In this document: positions 25,801 to 39,100 of the stretch, in pieces
How positions within the stretch are numbered: the first letter of the stretch is position 1
Layout of the letters: each line of letters opens with the position of its first letter
Assembly (NCBI GenBank): GCA_002633005.1
Contig: NMRA01000001.1
Coordinates: forward strand, 2,587,695-2,651,694
Direction: 5' to 3'
DNA length: 64,000 bases
Origin: Phoronis australis
Lineage: Eukaryota > Animalia > Phoronida
Notes under the pieces: model-generated
Seen by the model: the letters and a program-made list of their open reading frames with translations, nothing else
The model's database searches: none
What the model was told of the DNA's origin: nothing
Translations under genes and position numbers: made by a program

Positions 25801-28800
25801 CTGTTCAGAGTCTTCAAAAGTCGTCACGGAATAAGCATGTCTATTTCATACACTTGGATCTGTCTTCATTGGAGTCCGTCAGGTCTTTTGCAGAAACTTT
25901 TTTGAAAAGTAAGAATTCTGATGCGCTATTATTAGTCTTAATCAACAGTCATGGCTTGCGTACGAGGTCTTGTGAACTAGTAACGCCAGCTGAAATATTG
26001 TTTGATTTCAGTCAAGTAAATTGCATATCAACCTGGTTCAGCCTCAGCCCTGTCCCATAGGCATGCAATTTGTCTCAAATTTTCATATCCTCATAATGGC
26101 TATTTTCACTCACAGAAATATTTACTTGAACTTCATTTGTAAAATCAGATGGTTGTGCTTTGTTCAGGCATTCGGCTTGAACTGGATGTTTATTCTCTAC
26201 GAGTATATTCAGTTGGCAATTTTCAAAACACTTGAATGTTCAGTACAGGAGATTACATGCCTGAAGTACAAAATTACAAACTAATTGTCAAATTTGTCTC
26301 ATGTTTCACAATGTCAATCGCCTCTTCAATGCCAAATGTTTAATATTTATTGCGGATGCACTTGCGTTACTAAATAAGTTAATGAATTTGTTCCGAGTAG
26401 GAAGATTTCAAATCAAATACAGCTGCCAAAACATGTAGGCTAACGATTTGAATAATCCTCACATTCCATAAACAAGTGAACTTCACCTTCAAGAAGTCCC
26501 TGTCTGTTGTATAACGTACTCTCTCATTATATGCTATACGCACTCCACTAAAATATTATGATTTGCACATGCAAATCTTATATATTTACTTGTGATGAAT
26601 GAAACAATGACCTAGACTATTACTACACATATTACTTGCTGGAGTATAGTCAACTGGAGTATAGTCAACTGGAGTATAGTCAACTGGAGTATAGTCAACT
26701 GGAGTATAGTCAACTGGAGTATAGTCAACTGGAGTATAGTCAACTGGAGTATAGTCAACTGGAGTATAGTCAACTGGAGTATAGTCAACTGGAGTATAGT
26801 CAACTGGAGTATAGTCAACTGGAGTATAGTCAACTGGAGTATAGTCAACTGGAGTATAGTCAACTGGAGTATAGTCAACTGGAGTATAGTCAACTGGAGT
26901 ATAGTCAACTGGAGTATAGTCAACTGGAGTATAGTCAACTGGAGTATAGTCAACTNGGACTTTGCCTTCATGAAGAAATATCTGGATGATTATAAAAATT
27001 TTTGTTTATGTTAATGTTGTTTAGCCATTTATTTAAAGCTGCACCATTTTACCTTGTTTAGCTACTAAAAACAAAAATGGAGTTAAGACTTTTTATATTT
27101 TGATAAAATTTATCTTGTAATGTTCTGACCGTGATCGAATTCCATTTCTGCTGCTAACAAAAACTTTGAATTCATAACACTTTATTGGGGTTGGCTGACA
27201 ATAAAATTCCAGACTTGAAAATGACACATATACGTACCTAACGGGTAACGGAAATGGAATATCATTAGAGTAAAAGACCTAACTCTAGTTTTGCTTTTTA
27301 GCCAGTTAAACAGACTTGAAATTTGACTTTACTTTATTTCATTCATATATGCTCTATAATTACAGTCTTCATAACACATAGCTGTTGGCTATGTATTAAT
27401 TTGCGTGTAATAAATAACGGATGGTCTGTGGTGCATGTGTAAAGGTCTGTACTTGTTGAGTTCTTTATGGTTATTGTTACTTTTTTCTTTGCATTTTAGG
27501 TGCAAAAGTTTACATAGGTTGTCGTAATGAGTCAGCAGGGAAAGAAGCTGTTCAGAGTCTTCAAAAGTCATCACGGAATAAGCATGTCTATTTCATACAC
27601 TTGGATCTGTCTTCATTGGAGTCTGTCAGGTCTTTTGCAGAAACTTTTTTGAAAAGTAAGAGTTCTGATGCGCTATTATTAGTCTTAATCAACAGTCATG
27701 GCTTGCGTTCGAGGTCTTGTGTTAGTAACGCTAGCTGGAATATTGTTTGATTTCAGTCAAGTAAATTGCATATCTACCTGGTTCAGCCTCAGCCCTGTCC
27801 CATAAGCATGCAATTTGTCTCAAATTTTCATATCCACATAATGGCTATTTTCACTCACAGAAATATTCACTTGAACTTCACTTGTAAAATCAGATGGTTG
27901 TGTTTTGTTCAGGCGTTCGGCTTGAACTGGATGTTTATTCTCTACGAGTATATTCAGTTGGCAATTTTCAAAACACGAATGTTCAGTACAGGAGATTATA
28001 TGCCTGAAGTACAAAATTACAAACTGATTGTCAAATTTGTCTAATGTTTCACGATGTCAATCGCCTCTTCAATGCCAAATGTTTAATATTTATTGGGGAT
28101 GCACTTGCGTTACTAAATAAGTTAATGAATTTGTTCCGAGTAGAAGATTTCAAATCAAATATAGCTGCCAAAACATGTAGGCCAAAGATTTGAATAATCC
28201 TCACATTCCATAAACAAGTGAAATTCACCTTCAATAAGTCCCCTGGCTGTTGGATAACGTACTCTCTCATTATATGCTGTACGCACTCTACAAGAAGATT
28301 ATGATTTGCGCATGGAAATCTTATATATTTACTTATGATGAATGAAACAATGACATAGATTATTACTAGACATATTACTTGCTGGAGTATAGTCAACTGG
28401 AGTGTAGTCAACTGGAGTATAGTCAACTGGAGTATAGTCAACTGGAGTATAGTCAACTGGAGTATAGTCAACTGGAGTATAGTCAACTTTAAGTAACCCA
28501 AAAACTCTGTTTAGAATTATCTGCAACATCTGAGATAAAACTTGAAGATAACTGTCTCTGATACACTAAGAATACGCTCAGCAAAACTTTCTTCACATGT
28601 GACTTTTTTAACCGAGCCTCATTGAACCCATACGAAATTAGCCAATTACAAAGTAAATTAGCCCAATTAAATGAGCTTCTGCAATTTGAATCAAATACAT
28701 TCAATGTATCATAAGCAGATATGGCATACACACCATTCTAATATCTCCTGCAACACAGAAACAAAGTATTTAGTATAGAGCACATATCTTCCAACTTCAC

Positions 28801-31800
28801 GAAAGCCCCTGCATTTGAACATGAACTGGCAAGACCCAGAACTAAGTATGCACCCATTCTAAGCGACCATACTCGTTAACGCTTTTAGTTTCTGCTCGGT
28901 AGCACTGTCGTGGATAAACCATGATAGCGAACAATTCAAAGTAACAAAAATTGTGATAAATCTGGACATTGTCATTGCAAGTTTGTTACAGCTGATAAGG
29001 TTTCGATTGCTTGGCAAAAATGAGCAAATTTTCAGTTGAAAAGGAATATATCAAACCAGGAAAAATGAAAACTATTTTAGGAAAACTGCAGTCATGTTTC
29101 CCATTTGTATTTTTTACTGATTTCTTTCATTTGTATAACAAAGAAATCCATCCAATTTAGATGAATGGTTCAAGTGCCATTAGATTTGCTGGCTACAAAC
29201 TTGTTTTGAAATTTAATGTTAACAAGTTTGATGAGGGAATGTGTAGGGTTGCAAGATAATAGTCAAATTTTCATTCTTTTAGGGGAATCTGCGCTTCACA
29301 TATTAGTGAACAATGCGGGTCGAATGTTGGCTGATGAAGAAAAGACCAAAGAAGGCTTTGAGAGTCAGTTTGGTATCAACTATGTTGGTATGTTTGCGGC
29401 TTTAAGAGTCAGTTTTTATTTACAATGCTATGTTCACTGCTTTGACTGTCAGTTTTTTCACCTGTGTTTGTTCACTTCCTAGAAAGCTAGTTTTGTATCA
29501 AGTACACGTGTGTTGGTGTGTTCAAGCAATACATGCATACATTTTGGGACACCTTTTGGTCATGTCTATCACTAAAGTCATACCCCCAATTGTGATTGTT
29601 GTTGCGTGAGGTTAGGTAACATTGGTGTATGAACTCCCATAAATGGTTTTCGTAGAATTTTAAGTATTTTGAGATATTTACTGTCTGCTTTGTCTATGTG
29701 ATACCCAACACTTTTCACTTGTCAAAGGAATCATTCTATGTAGCACGTTCACAGGTTACTGGGCCGTTTTTGTTTGACAAACTACTGATACAATGTAATT
29801 ACTGAGTTCTGCATGTTGTGTAGCTGGACATATTTTTCGTTGTTTTTTGATGACTGCATTGTTGCATGCAATTGATAACCCTTGTTACAGCTAGCATAAA
29901 GCAATGAGCTGCTCCACAGTTCTTGTTCCTCTTCCTTACTTTTATGTCACTTCCTACTAAACCCTCTACTACTTTCTTAAGCCAATCACCATTTTCTTGT
30001 AATTGTGATGGCTTTCAAAAATATACTAAAGATATTTTTTATTCTCACTCTACCTAGTGCTATTGAGCTTAGTCAAATTAATGATTTTGAGACAAATCAT
30101 ATGGTTAATGTTGCAGTTTAATAAGACCCATTTTCTTAGCAAGTAAGTTCTTATTCAGCCATTTCTCATTTTACTAGGTCACTTCCTGTTGACTCATCTG
30201 CTGCTGGACGTGCTCAAGTCGTCTGCTCCCAGTCGCATTGTTTGCGTTAGTGCTGCGGCCTTCCAGCTCGGCGTCATCGACTTCGATGACATCAAGTGGG
30301 AGAAGAGGGAGTATAAATCGGGTGAGGCCTACGCCATGAGCAAGTTGGCAGTCATGCTGTTTTTGAGGAAAATGGCTGCGGAAATCCAAGGTAAACCTCG
30401 CAGTAGGTGGCTGTTGTTTAAGTGTGTTGTTTGCACTAATGCTGTAAGATGGCCAAGCTTGTAAGTGGTAAACGTCAGACCAAACCTGGTGTTCACGTTT
30501 AATCGTGCTTTGGCTTTTTATTTAATTTGAATTTTTCCTTGTTTGATGATGACTGCGTTTTGTTCATAGAATATTGCTGCCAAGTGGATATAGTGCTTTT
30601 TGCGATACATCAGGCGTGCTTAGGTCGCAAGGCTGGGCCCATTACACTAATCATTTGATTATGACTCATGGGGACTCAACGTCATTGGTTTCCTCATGGG
30701 TAAAATCTGCCAGTCTGCCTGTTTGTTTCAGACAGATAGATATACTATTAAACCTGAATGAACTAGCAGTGTCAACCAGGCGGGTTATGTGTCAGTCAAG
30801 TAGTAGATTACGGTGTCGAGTGTATGCAGGGCAAATCTCTATCAGATGTTGATCAGTTTCGGCCTTCAAGCCACAGTTTGGACAAAATAAACATGCCATG
30901 TGGCCTGTGATGTTACGGTGCCGAGCTAGCTTGCAGTGTCCAGTAATAACCTGCCTTATAGCAAGCCTACCTAAACATCACAATTTCTTTGAACGTTTTG
31001 GTTCAATAGGACTTTGCACCAAGGCTATAGTCTCTGTTAGCAAGTTAGTCGATCACTAATGGGCAACGCATAAGATCCCTCCACAAATTTAGATTCAGAA
31101 TAACGTTAGAATGGACATTTTTAGTGCAGGTAACTAATTTAGTTTGCTCATTTCTCTCCCTAGGTACTGGCGTGACAGTGAATGCTGTAAATCCTGGTGT
31201 TGTCAACACAAACGCTTACAGATGTCTTCCATTCAGAAAGAACTTCTTTGTAAAGATTGCATTTGTGCTTCCGATGTACCTGTTGACAAAAGCTGCATCC
31301 GACGGTGCCCAAACATCCATCTACTGTGCAGTGAGTGAAGATCTAGAAAAAGTGTCGGGGAAATATTTTGTGTGAGTAGCAAAGAAATTCTCTCTTAACT
31401 CTTGTGGCCAGTTTAAGGTTATGTAGAGCGTTATGAAAAAGTTTGTATTCAGCCAAATGTGACTAGTTATGAATATTTCAGCCATGCATGCCAAGAGAAA
31501 ATTTTACGTTGCGGGGATCACAACTGTCCAACTGAGGATGGTCTACTGGCGGTCTCAGATCTTCCTGCTTTTCCTGTTAAACTGTACTGTTGGGTAATGA
31601 TTGAAATGCACTCTGCCAGGTTTTTAAGTAGGTTGAATCAAGGTTGGATTTTTAGCTGAGATCCAATATTCATGATTAGTCATATAAATGTGCCAGGATG
31701 AATCGTAATCTTCAAACACAAACCTTGTGCAATTTTGCTGTCTGGAAACATTGACTTCACAAGACTTGCAAACTTGTGGGCAGTGCTGAGGGACAGATTG

Positions 31801-33192
31801 GACTTGCCAATGAAAGTACACGTATCTACCTCAGGCGTTGCCACACCAAGTTTGACAGCTTCGCCCCTTTTCTTCCATACCTCGGTGATGGATAGTTTAC
31901 CCCTTATCAGCATTTTCAAGCTTTCAATACGCCTTACCCTCTACGTGATGCAAACAGTCTATGCGCTCACCGTAACTGTATGCAAGCGAGGCGTTGCACA
32001 ATTTGCAGAAGACAACTGATGCTCCTTTTTGCTGAGACATAACCATTCCTCAGTCTTGCGTGTCAAAAATACCTCTTCCTTTTTTCCACAAGTAGTTTTT
32101 CTTATGAAGATACCCTTTCACATCCTAATCAGACACCACATCAGTTGACATTTTAACAACAGTACATTATTACCTGGAGATAGCTGGAATCAAATGAAGT
32201 ATATTTTCCACCAATCACAGAAGTCATTGTTCATAGTTTACAGGGCTTGGAATTTTCCGCGGAAACGCGGATTTCCGCTTTTTTGAAATGTGGTTTCCGC
32301 TTTTTTTATAATATTTCCGCGTAAAAATATCGGATTTGATGTGAAATTTCCGCGGCAAAATCCTTTCTTACCGCGGCGTTGCAGACGACGTTCACCTTGG
32401 ACAGCAGAACTTGCTCTTTATGGTTCGGAGGAACGTAAATTGTCAACATTGCCGGGGCATCTGGGTAAAGCGTGGTGTGATTTTCAATGGCGGCTCGTGT
32501 TATTGTTAAGCGCGGCGACAAATACTACCGCCCTGCANNNNNNNNNNTTAGTCCTCCCGATCTCTGTCGCGGAAAGCTGAGGTTCGCATTAACCATTTCA
32601 AAGGCTGGTTATCGGGCATGATTTGGGCCGTAAAAGTTTCCGCGTTTTTTGTCATTGGTCATTCCAAGCCCTGAGTTTAGGCCAGTGCCGCTGAATATCA
32701 GTAGGAGAGGCCTTGCAATAGGCAGTCCCGGGTTACACTGTGACACTCGAATCTTGCTTTATTTACCCACAATGCCGCACTATCCATCAGGCTTTTTTGT
32801 ATTTTGTGCCATTGGAGTTCCACAGTAACTGTTGTCATATTTGTTACATGTTTTTTTCGACTGTATTACTCTATTCGTCCTTTCAACGCCAACGAAGTAT
32901 TGCTGCTGTGCTGTGTGCTTCAATTCCACCCTGAATAATGTTGAATAATCTTGACAAATATCTGTGGATGCATGATGTTACTTTCGTCGTCTTCCTGACA
33001 TCAATCAAAGACAAGAAAATGTGGAGCGAGTGGATGAAGTACTGCTATGCAGCCCTAGTTGTAACAGTAACTGAAGGTGGCTCACTTTCTTCTTGCAGGG
33101 ACTGTGCTGAGCATGAGATTACCGAGAATGCCCTGAACGATGAGGTGGCAGACAAGCTATGGGATATGACCAAGCAGTGGACGTCATTATAA
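22847..33192 (+). CDS. Retinol dehydrogenase 11/12/13-like SDR, paralog B (7 coding exons, 334 aa)
   Basis: Exons 22847-22956, 24806-24924 (TGANQGIG), 25753-25908 or duplicate 27500-27655 (YIGCRN...LDLSSLESVR), 29283-29387 (VNNAG), 30178-30390 (RIVCVSAAA...YAMSK), 31164-31371 (NPGVVNT...SGKYF), 33099-33192 (DC...KLWD, TAA). GT..AG introns, total 1005 nt. Candidate AATAAA at 34870. Confidence 0.93.
26639..26955. repeat. 15-bp minisatellite (CTGGAGTATAGTCAA)x21
   Basis: Perfect tandem array ending at the N at 26956; the copy at 28382-28488 has 7 units. Confidence 0.95.
27500..27655 (+). CDS. Second copy of paralog B exon 3 (probably the other allele)
   Basis: 156-nt copy of 25753-25908 with 4 synonymous and no amino-acid differences; the duplication junction is the single N at 26956. 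Confidence 0.8.
28382..28488. repeat. 15-bp minisatellite (CTGGAGTATAGTCAA)x7
   Basis: Same unit with one variant (GGAGTGTAG). Confidence 0.95.
32241..32673. mobile_element. MITE / non-autonomous DNA transposon
   Basis: Perfect 13-bp TIRs CAGGGCTTGGAAT / ATTCCAAGCCCTG, flanked by direct repeat AGTTTA. CpG-rich interior with repeated TTCCGCG; contains a 10-N gap. Confidence 0.8.
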
Positions 33193-36101
33193 TACACAGC
33201 TACATCTGGTGGTTGTTCGACATCTGCTAGGTATCCTTGTGGTGAGCTGTTAGTGTATCATAGCTCTGCCAGATTCATCCAGAATTTCTACTTAAGTGTT
33301 GGTGCAAAACATGTGGATATCATTCATTTAACATAGTGTGTTGTAAGCAAGACTGCAATGGCCATAAAAACAAGTTTTTTTATAGTGCTTAGGACACCAG
33401 TAATTAATTATATTGTCTAGACATTTTCATGTTGTTCATATTAAGAACTATGTAGTGTAAGTGGGATGGTAATAGTGTAGATTTTATACTTTCCTATTTA
33501 AAGTTGTGTCGGTGTTGAATTCGTTGTGAATGTTTAGAGCCATGTAGAGTGATTATGTCTAGTCACGATTTACATCTTCACAGTGGATTAAGTGAAGTTT
33601 GTAGAGATTCTGTGTGCGCCTCATCCCTAGTACCATCATCTCCCTATTAAAGATCCACTAAAATGCATTCCAGAGGAAAAATACGTTTGTAAAAATGCCA
33701 CTGCATGCAGTTTCAGGTTTGACAACATGTTATGTTCATTAGGCTTAAGTTAGATAATGGGTCACACAGGAATCAATGACACAGGCTGTTTTCCTGGCTC
33801 GATATTTTGCAGTTGTATACTAGTTGGATGGCAGCATTGCAAACAGAAGTGTCACATTGTGGACACAGTTGCTCATGATGGTAGGACATAACTTGTATAG
33901 CAAATTTTATTTCAATGTTCTTCCAGGTATTGGTATCATGCTCAGTTATCCAAAAATTTGCATTTGCTTGTTATGTTGAAGATATTTGCTTTAGTGTGCA
34001 AAAAGATTTTTTATTTTGAAAATCATGTTTTTTGTAAAAAGTAATTCATAGTTTAAGACAGCCACTGTTTTGCTGAATGGAATCAATCACCTTTTAGTTG
34101 ATAGTTGTGCATATCAACAGCCAAATAATGCTGTCTAGGACTGGGTTGGGTTTGTTAATTGGGTTCATCTCAAAATGTGTAGGTTTTTCAGGTGCGTTTC
34201 GTGTCCTCTACCATGAAATGGAAAATCAGAATTTCTTAATTTCTTCCCCAGCATTCGCCATATTTACAAAACGTGGTTGTTAGTTGAGGTGTCATGATTA
34301 CAGCCCTTCATTTTTGGTTGTGGTATTGTGTGCGAGTCATTGAACAGTCACAGTATGTTAACCTGCTCTCCTGACTTGCTCTGTTAGGGCTCATACGCAC
34401 AACATATTACTCAAGACCTGACAAAAAATTGACTACTTTCCTATTATACCTAGAATGAACTTTTGAATTTTACGTTGCAATTTAATTTTCAAGCCTCAAA
34501 AAAAGATTGGTGGTTTCAGACCTTTGAAATGTTTAATGGAAACTCTTATCCATTATTTACTATTGTATTTATTTTACTGCCAGCAAAACTCATTCCAGCA
34601 TTGCTTACATGTTGTTGTTTCCTGGTACGGTCAAGTTTGTTGCAGCAGATCATTTGCACTGGTTGTAGGTTAGGTTAGGGTCAACCAGTTCCCTGGATTG
34701 GCTGTGTACTTGACCATCTTTTTTAGAGTTTTCTCATGGAATGATTTGATGCAATGGAAGGAGATTAACACCTATACTGTATAACTTTGCAAGTGTTTAC
34801 TGTTCATGCACTTACGGAGTCATTTTTATAACCAGAAAAACTCACAGGTTTGAATGTTTTATCAGACATAATAAAGAGTTACTGAAACTATGATTTTAGT
34901 TATTTATTTTGGCATGGACATTATTAGCTGCATCCATAAACGATTTCCATACCTCGTCAGAAAATCATCAAATTGCTTTTACTTCTGTTCCATGTCAGGT
35001 TTAAGAATAAATCCTAGAATTCGAATGTTGCAGTTTAGCAAATTGTAAACACAAGAATGAACAGAAAATAACTTCTCAGAACTAGTAACATGTCCATTTA
35101 AGGTTATCTCAAACAAAAAGTTGCCGTTTTTACAATATTCCACGTCTAGCTAAATACCTTATCCTCATTCTAGTGGAACTTCAAATACGAATTATATAAC
35201 CTGTAGCAAGAAAAAATATTTAGCAGAACCACAATCAACCACATGGAAATTTTACTCCTTATATAAGGTCAAAGCTTACAGAGCTGTCCTATGACGTGAA
35301 AAATGAAGACAAAACATAGTTTTGACGCTGAGTGAGTTGCACGTCTGCGTTTTCACGAACACGGCAAATTGTGAAAAAAAAATGCCCCAATTCATTCATA
35401 GTTACAGTAACAATTTCGATCTCATGTTTGCAGCATGCTTTAGCCACAGATACCCCATTTCTACCTCCATTTCGTAGTTGGTTTCTTTCAGTCTCCCCAG
35501 CACGTGGTTCATACGTGAAATGTGTTAAGTAGCAGAGAACAGTTTCATATACACATGGGAATGTTATTTCACTGGATAAAAAACGGATTGAAATAGGTGA
35601 ACAAATTGGGACAATGCAAATGTTTCCACGTACGTTGTAGCACTTCCAGCCAATTCAGATTATTTTTGATGGTTCGTGCTATAGAACTTTGACTCCAATT
35701 TTTAAAAATCTAATTTACACTTCATTGGAGAAAAACCACAACTTAAGATGCATACCATGATTTATTAGACAACTAACTTCAACACTGTTGACACCAACTT
35801 CATATTGACCACCCTGTGATTACCGTTTTCCCCATTTTTTCACAACACATTAAGTTCACTTGCAAGCTACATAGACTTGAACGTCAGTTGCCTGTTTGCC
35901 TTGGCCCAACGTAACAGTAGTGTTGCTAGACATACAATAAATTAAGAGTTAAGTAGCTGAAGGATTTTCAGAAGTTCTTTTAATTAAATAGTGATAATGA
36001 ATTATAAGGCCTAAAGACTAATATTCTGCCTTCTAATCAGACCAGTTGTGGATAAAGCAGGTTTATTTAGTTCTCTAAAAGAAACATGTGCACTAAATTT
36101 A

Positions 36102-39100
36102 TCACAGTTGTTTCAGCCTTGTCCACACCTCACTTATTGCCCACAGCCTTTTGGCTGCCGCTGAATCCTTAGCCTTTTCGGACACTTCCGCCTCTTTACA
36201 GTCACTGTAAATACAAATCACAAAGTAAATTACTAATTATTCTGAGACAGCACAATACTCAACTGGAGAATGACCAATCACATTGCATAAAACTTCAGTT
36301 TACTTGAAATGTGCCACATGAATGGTCAACTTTAGAATTGAGTCTTGAGTAAAGTGCCAGTATGGCCTAGAACAAGGTGAAGTTTTAAAGTTAAAGGTTT
36401 CAGGAGAGCAATCAGAAACTAAAGCAAAGTTTTACAGAGTAACAAAATATAGATTTTTTCAAACTGAGCTGGTAGACACAGATATCTTGCAAAACTCAAT
36501 TTTATTTAAATTTACACTTTGCAACATTTCCTGTATACAGCAGCAGCTAATGCAAATAGCCTTGCGGGATTCTCAAGGATGACTACACATAGTTATTGAC
36601 TGAGGCACTAGGGAAATATATAGTCCAAAATTGAAACGGGTCAAACATTGAGTTTGGTCACGCATATTTGAAGATTGTGTCAATAGTACATACACAGCTG
36701 ATTTCCTCAGCTGAATGCAGTTGTTTCGCATACAGCTATCTCCTATGACACTACAAAAGGCATTTGAATTCACTGGCAATAGTAATTGACATTTCTCAGT
36801 TTGAAGGAAACATTGGGAATGCTAGGATTGTGGAAAATCGAGCCATCAAGGAAAATTTGTCACAAGGCGGCAGGCTAGCTGGAAATTCCATAAATTTGGA
36901 GTCTGTGATGTGGAAACATCAGTATTCATCTATAACTAATTAGTTTCAGTCCAGTTCCTGTTCACATCTCATGAGGACTCCAAGTCATGAATGCTTAACT
37001 CATCTAGTAAGCATTTACTAACTATGCAACTGCTATATTCAAATGATACTGCAACTGTCAGACCACATACACACGACAACACAGATGTCAGTCAACCATT
37101 AACTGTTTACCTAAAGTATTTTCCAGATACTTTTTCTAAACTTGGATCAAGTGCACAGTAGAGTATGGTCTGAATGCCTTCTTCTGGCATCTTAAGAGAT
37201 GACTTGGTGATTGGTGCCAACACAGTGCTAGAGATGGTGGACTGCTGGAGCCCTGTGTGCCGACCAATATTGGTCTTGACGACCCCTGGATGTACTGCAT
37301 TGGCTGTAACCCCACTACCTGAGACAAAGTATACTTAAGAGATCAGTACTCAATCGGAAAATTAGCACTATACAGTAAATCTAAACAAATAAAATTGATC
37401 AGTCTCATTCATTGCACTATGACTGTAGCACAGAGTTTACACAGGAACTAAGGATGGTTTTTGTAAAAAAGTCGTAAGTAGAATAATTAGCAGAACAAAG
37501 ATAACCAACCTTAAATTTGTTTGGGATAGAGACTAAAGTCATTTTTAAAGCAGTTCCAAATGGGGCAATGATATTTTACCAAGTTGTTTGATAAATAACA
37601 ATTAGCAACTTTCATAGTTTCCAAAAATCATTGCTTTCAAAACAACATTCGTTCAAGAAAATTACTGACTCTTCCAATGTGAAAACTGAATCGATCGTTA
37701 CCTTTAAGTCTTTCTGAAAGTTCCTTTGTAAATAAAATATTGGCCAGTTTACTCTGGTCATAAGCTTTTCTCTTGTCATAACTGTTCACGCTGTTCAAGT
37801 CTTCAAAATTTATCTCTCCTCGCATATGCCCAACACTGGATATGTTGATAATACGACTAGGGGCACTCTGTTTTAACTTGTCCAATAAAAGATTGGTCAA
37901 CAGGAAATGACCTGAAAATTAAAGTTAAAATGAACTGAACTTGCAGGTACAATTTACCAAATTATTTACAGAATGAAAAAATGAAAAACATACAGTACTT
38001 CTTGATAGTGGACAACTTGTTAAAATTGTAAATATGTCCTCTCGGCTTTTGAACTAGTTGTTGTGCACTTAAATATCTAATTTTTTTACAATGGGTACAT
38101 GACATTTAAATAACAGAAATAAAATAAGACTAACTGAATTGATAAAATTGCCATAGATTACGGGCAAAGTCTTTATCATCAACTCAGTTCTGACGATCAA
38201 ATAATTTCACTGGCCAGCAAATTGATAGCAAAAAATAAAATAAAGTAAGAAGCAATAGTTTTCAAATACATATTTCAAGACATGAAATCAAAAAATGTTT
38301 CAAAAATAGCAATATGATTTTGTTGTAGTTTTATCTACGATTCATCTGAAGTTTGAAACTTTCAAATTTCTTCAACCAGTTGCTGATTCTGAATCCAAAA
38401 ATACACTACAACCTATAACCAACTTAAGCAAACTTAACAAATACTGAGGTAAACAAAAATGCACATTGTTGACCTGCAACTTTATGTAATGTGCAAAGGA
38501 GCAATTCAGTAATATTACAAGGGTTTTATGTGTTATACAGTTACCTAGATGGTTAACACCTAAATGTTCTTCAAACCCATCTTTGGTGAGAGTTCTCTTG
38601 GGTATCCACATAACACCAGCATTGTTAATTAGGATATCTAGCCTCTTTTCACCTGGAAAAATATGTTAAGACAATTAAGCACAAACCAAATAAACATCAC
38701 AGACTTGGTGTTTTCAGTTGACTGCGTAGTTATTCATAGCAGTTGTTCATAAACCTCAAAAACTTACTTTTATTTCAAAACTAACATAACAATATGTTAC
38801 ATAACTATAACAAAGAACACAAACTTCTGAGCTTCAAAGCACACAAAATACTGCACCCATACAGGGTATCAGAAAATGTTATACAACAAAATAGCTGTGT
38901 GTAATTGGCTACTTTGCAGTGTAATACTTTAACTGTGACTCTTGCATTAGGAACCAACTATGGCATTACTCTTGTTAAAATCATCAGCAAATTCCCTGAT
39001 GGATGCCAGTGACGCGAGGTCTAGCTGCCTCAAATGGACTTTAAGATTAGCTGTCTCCTCGATGATTTCATTTCTTACAGTCTCTCCCTTCTTCAGGTCT

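Larger units (their letters stand above)
25214..28488. repeat. Apparent ~1.6-kb tandem duplication (25214-26955 / 26957-28488), likely uncollapsed haplotypes
   Basis: Near-identical copies joined at a single N (26956). Confidence 0.85.

Noticed and set aside
26612-26989. ORFs of LEYSQ / LTILQ pentapeptide repeats; CRISPR-like appearance
   Set aside because: Translation of a perfect 15-bp intronic minisatellite; no spacers, no cas genes, eukaryotic context.
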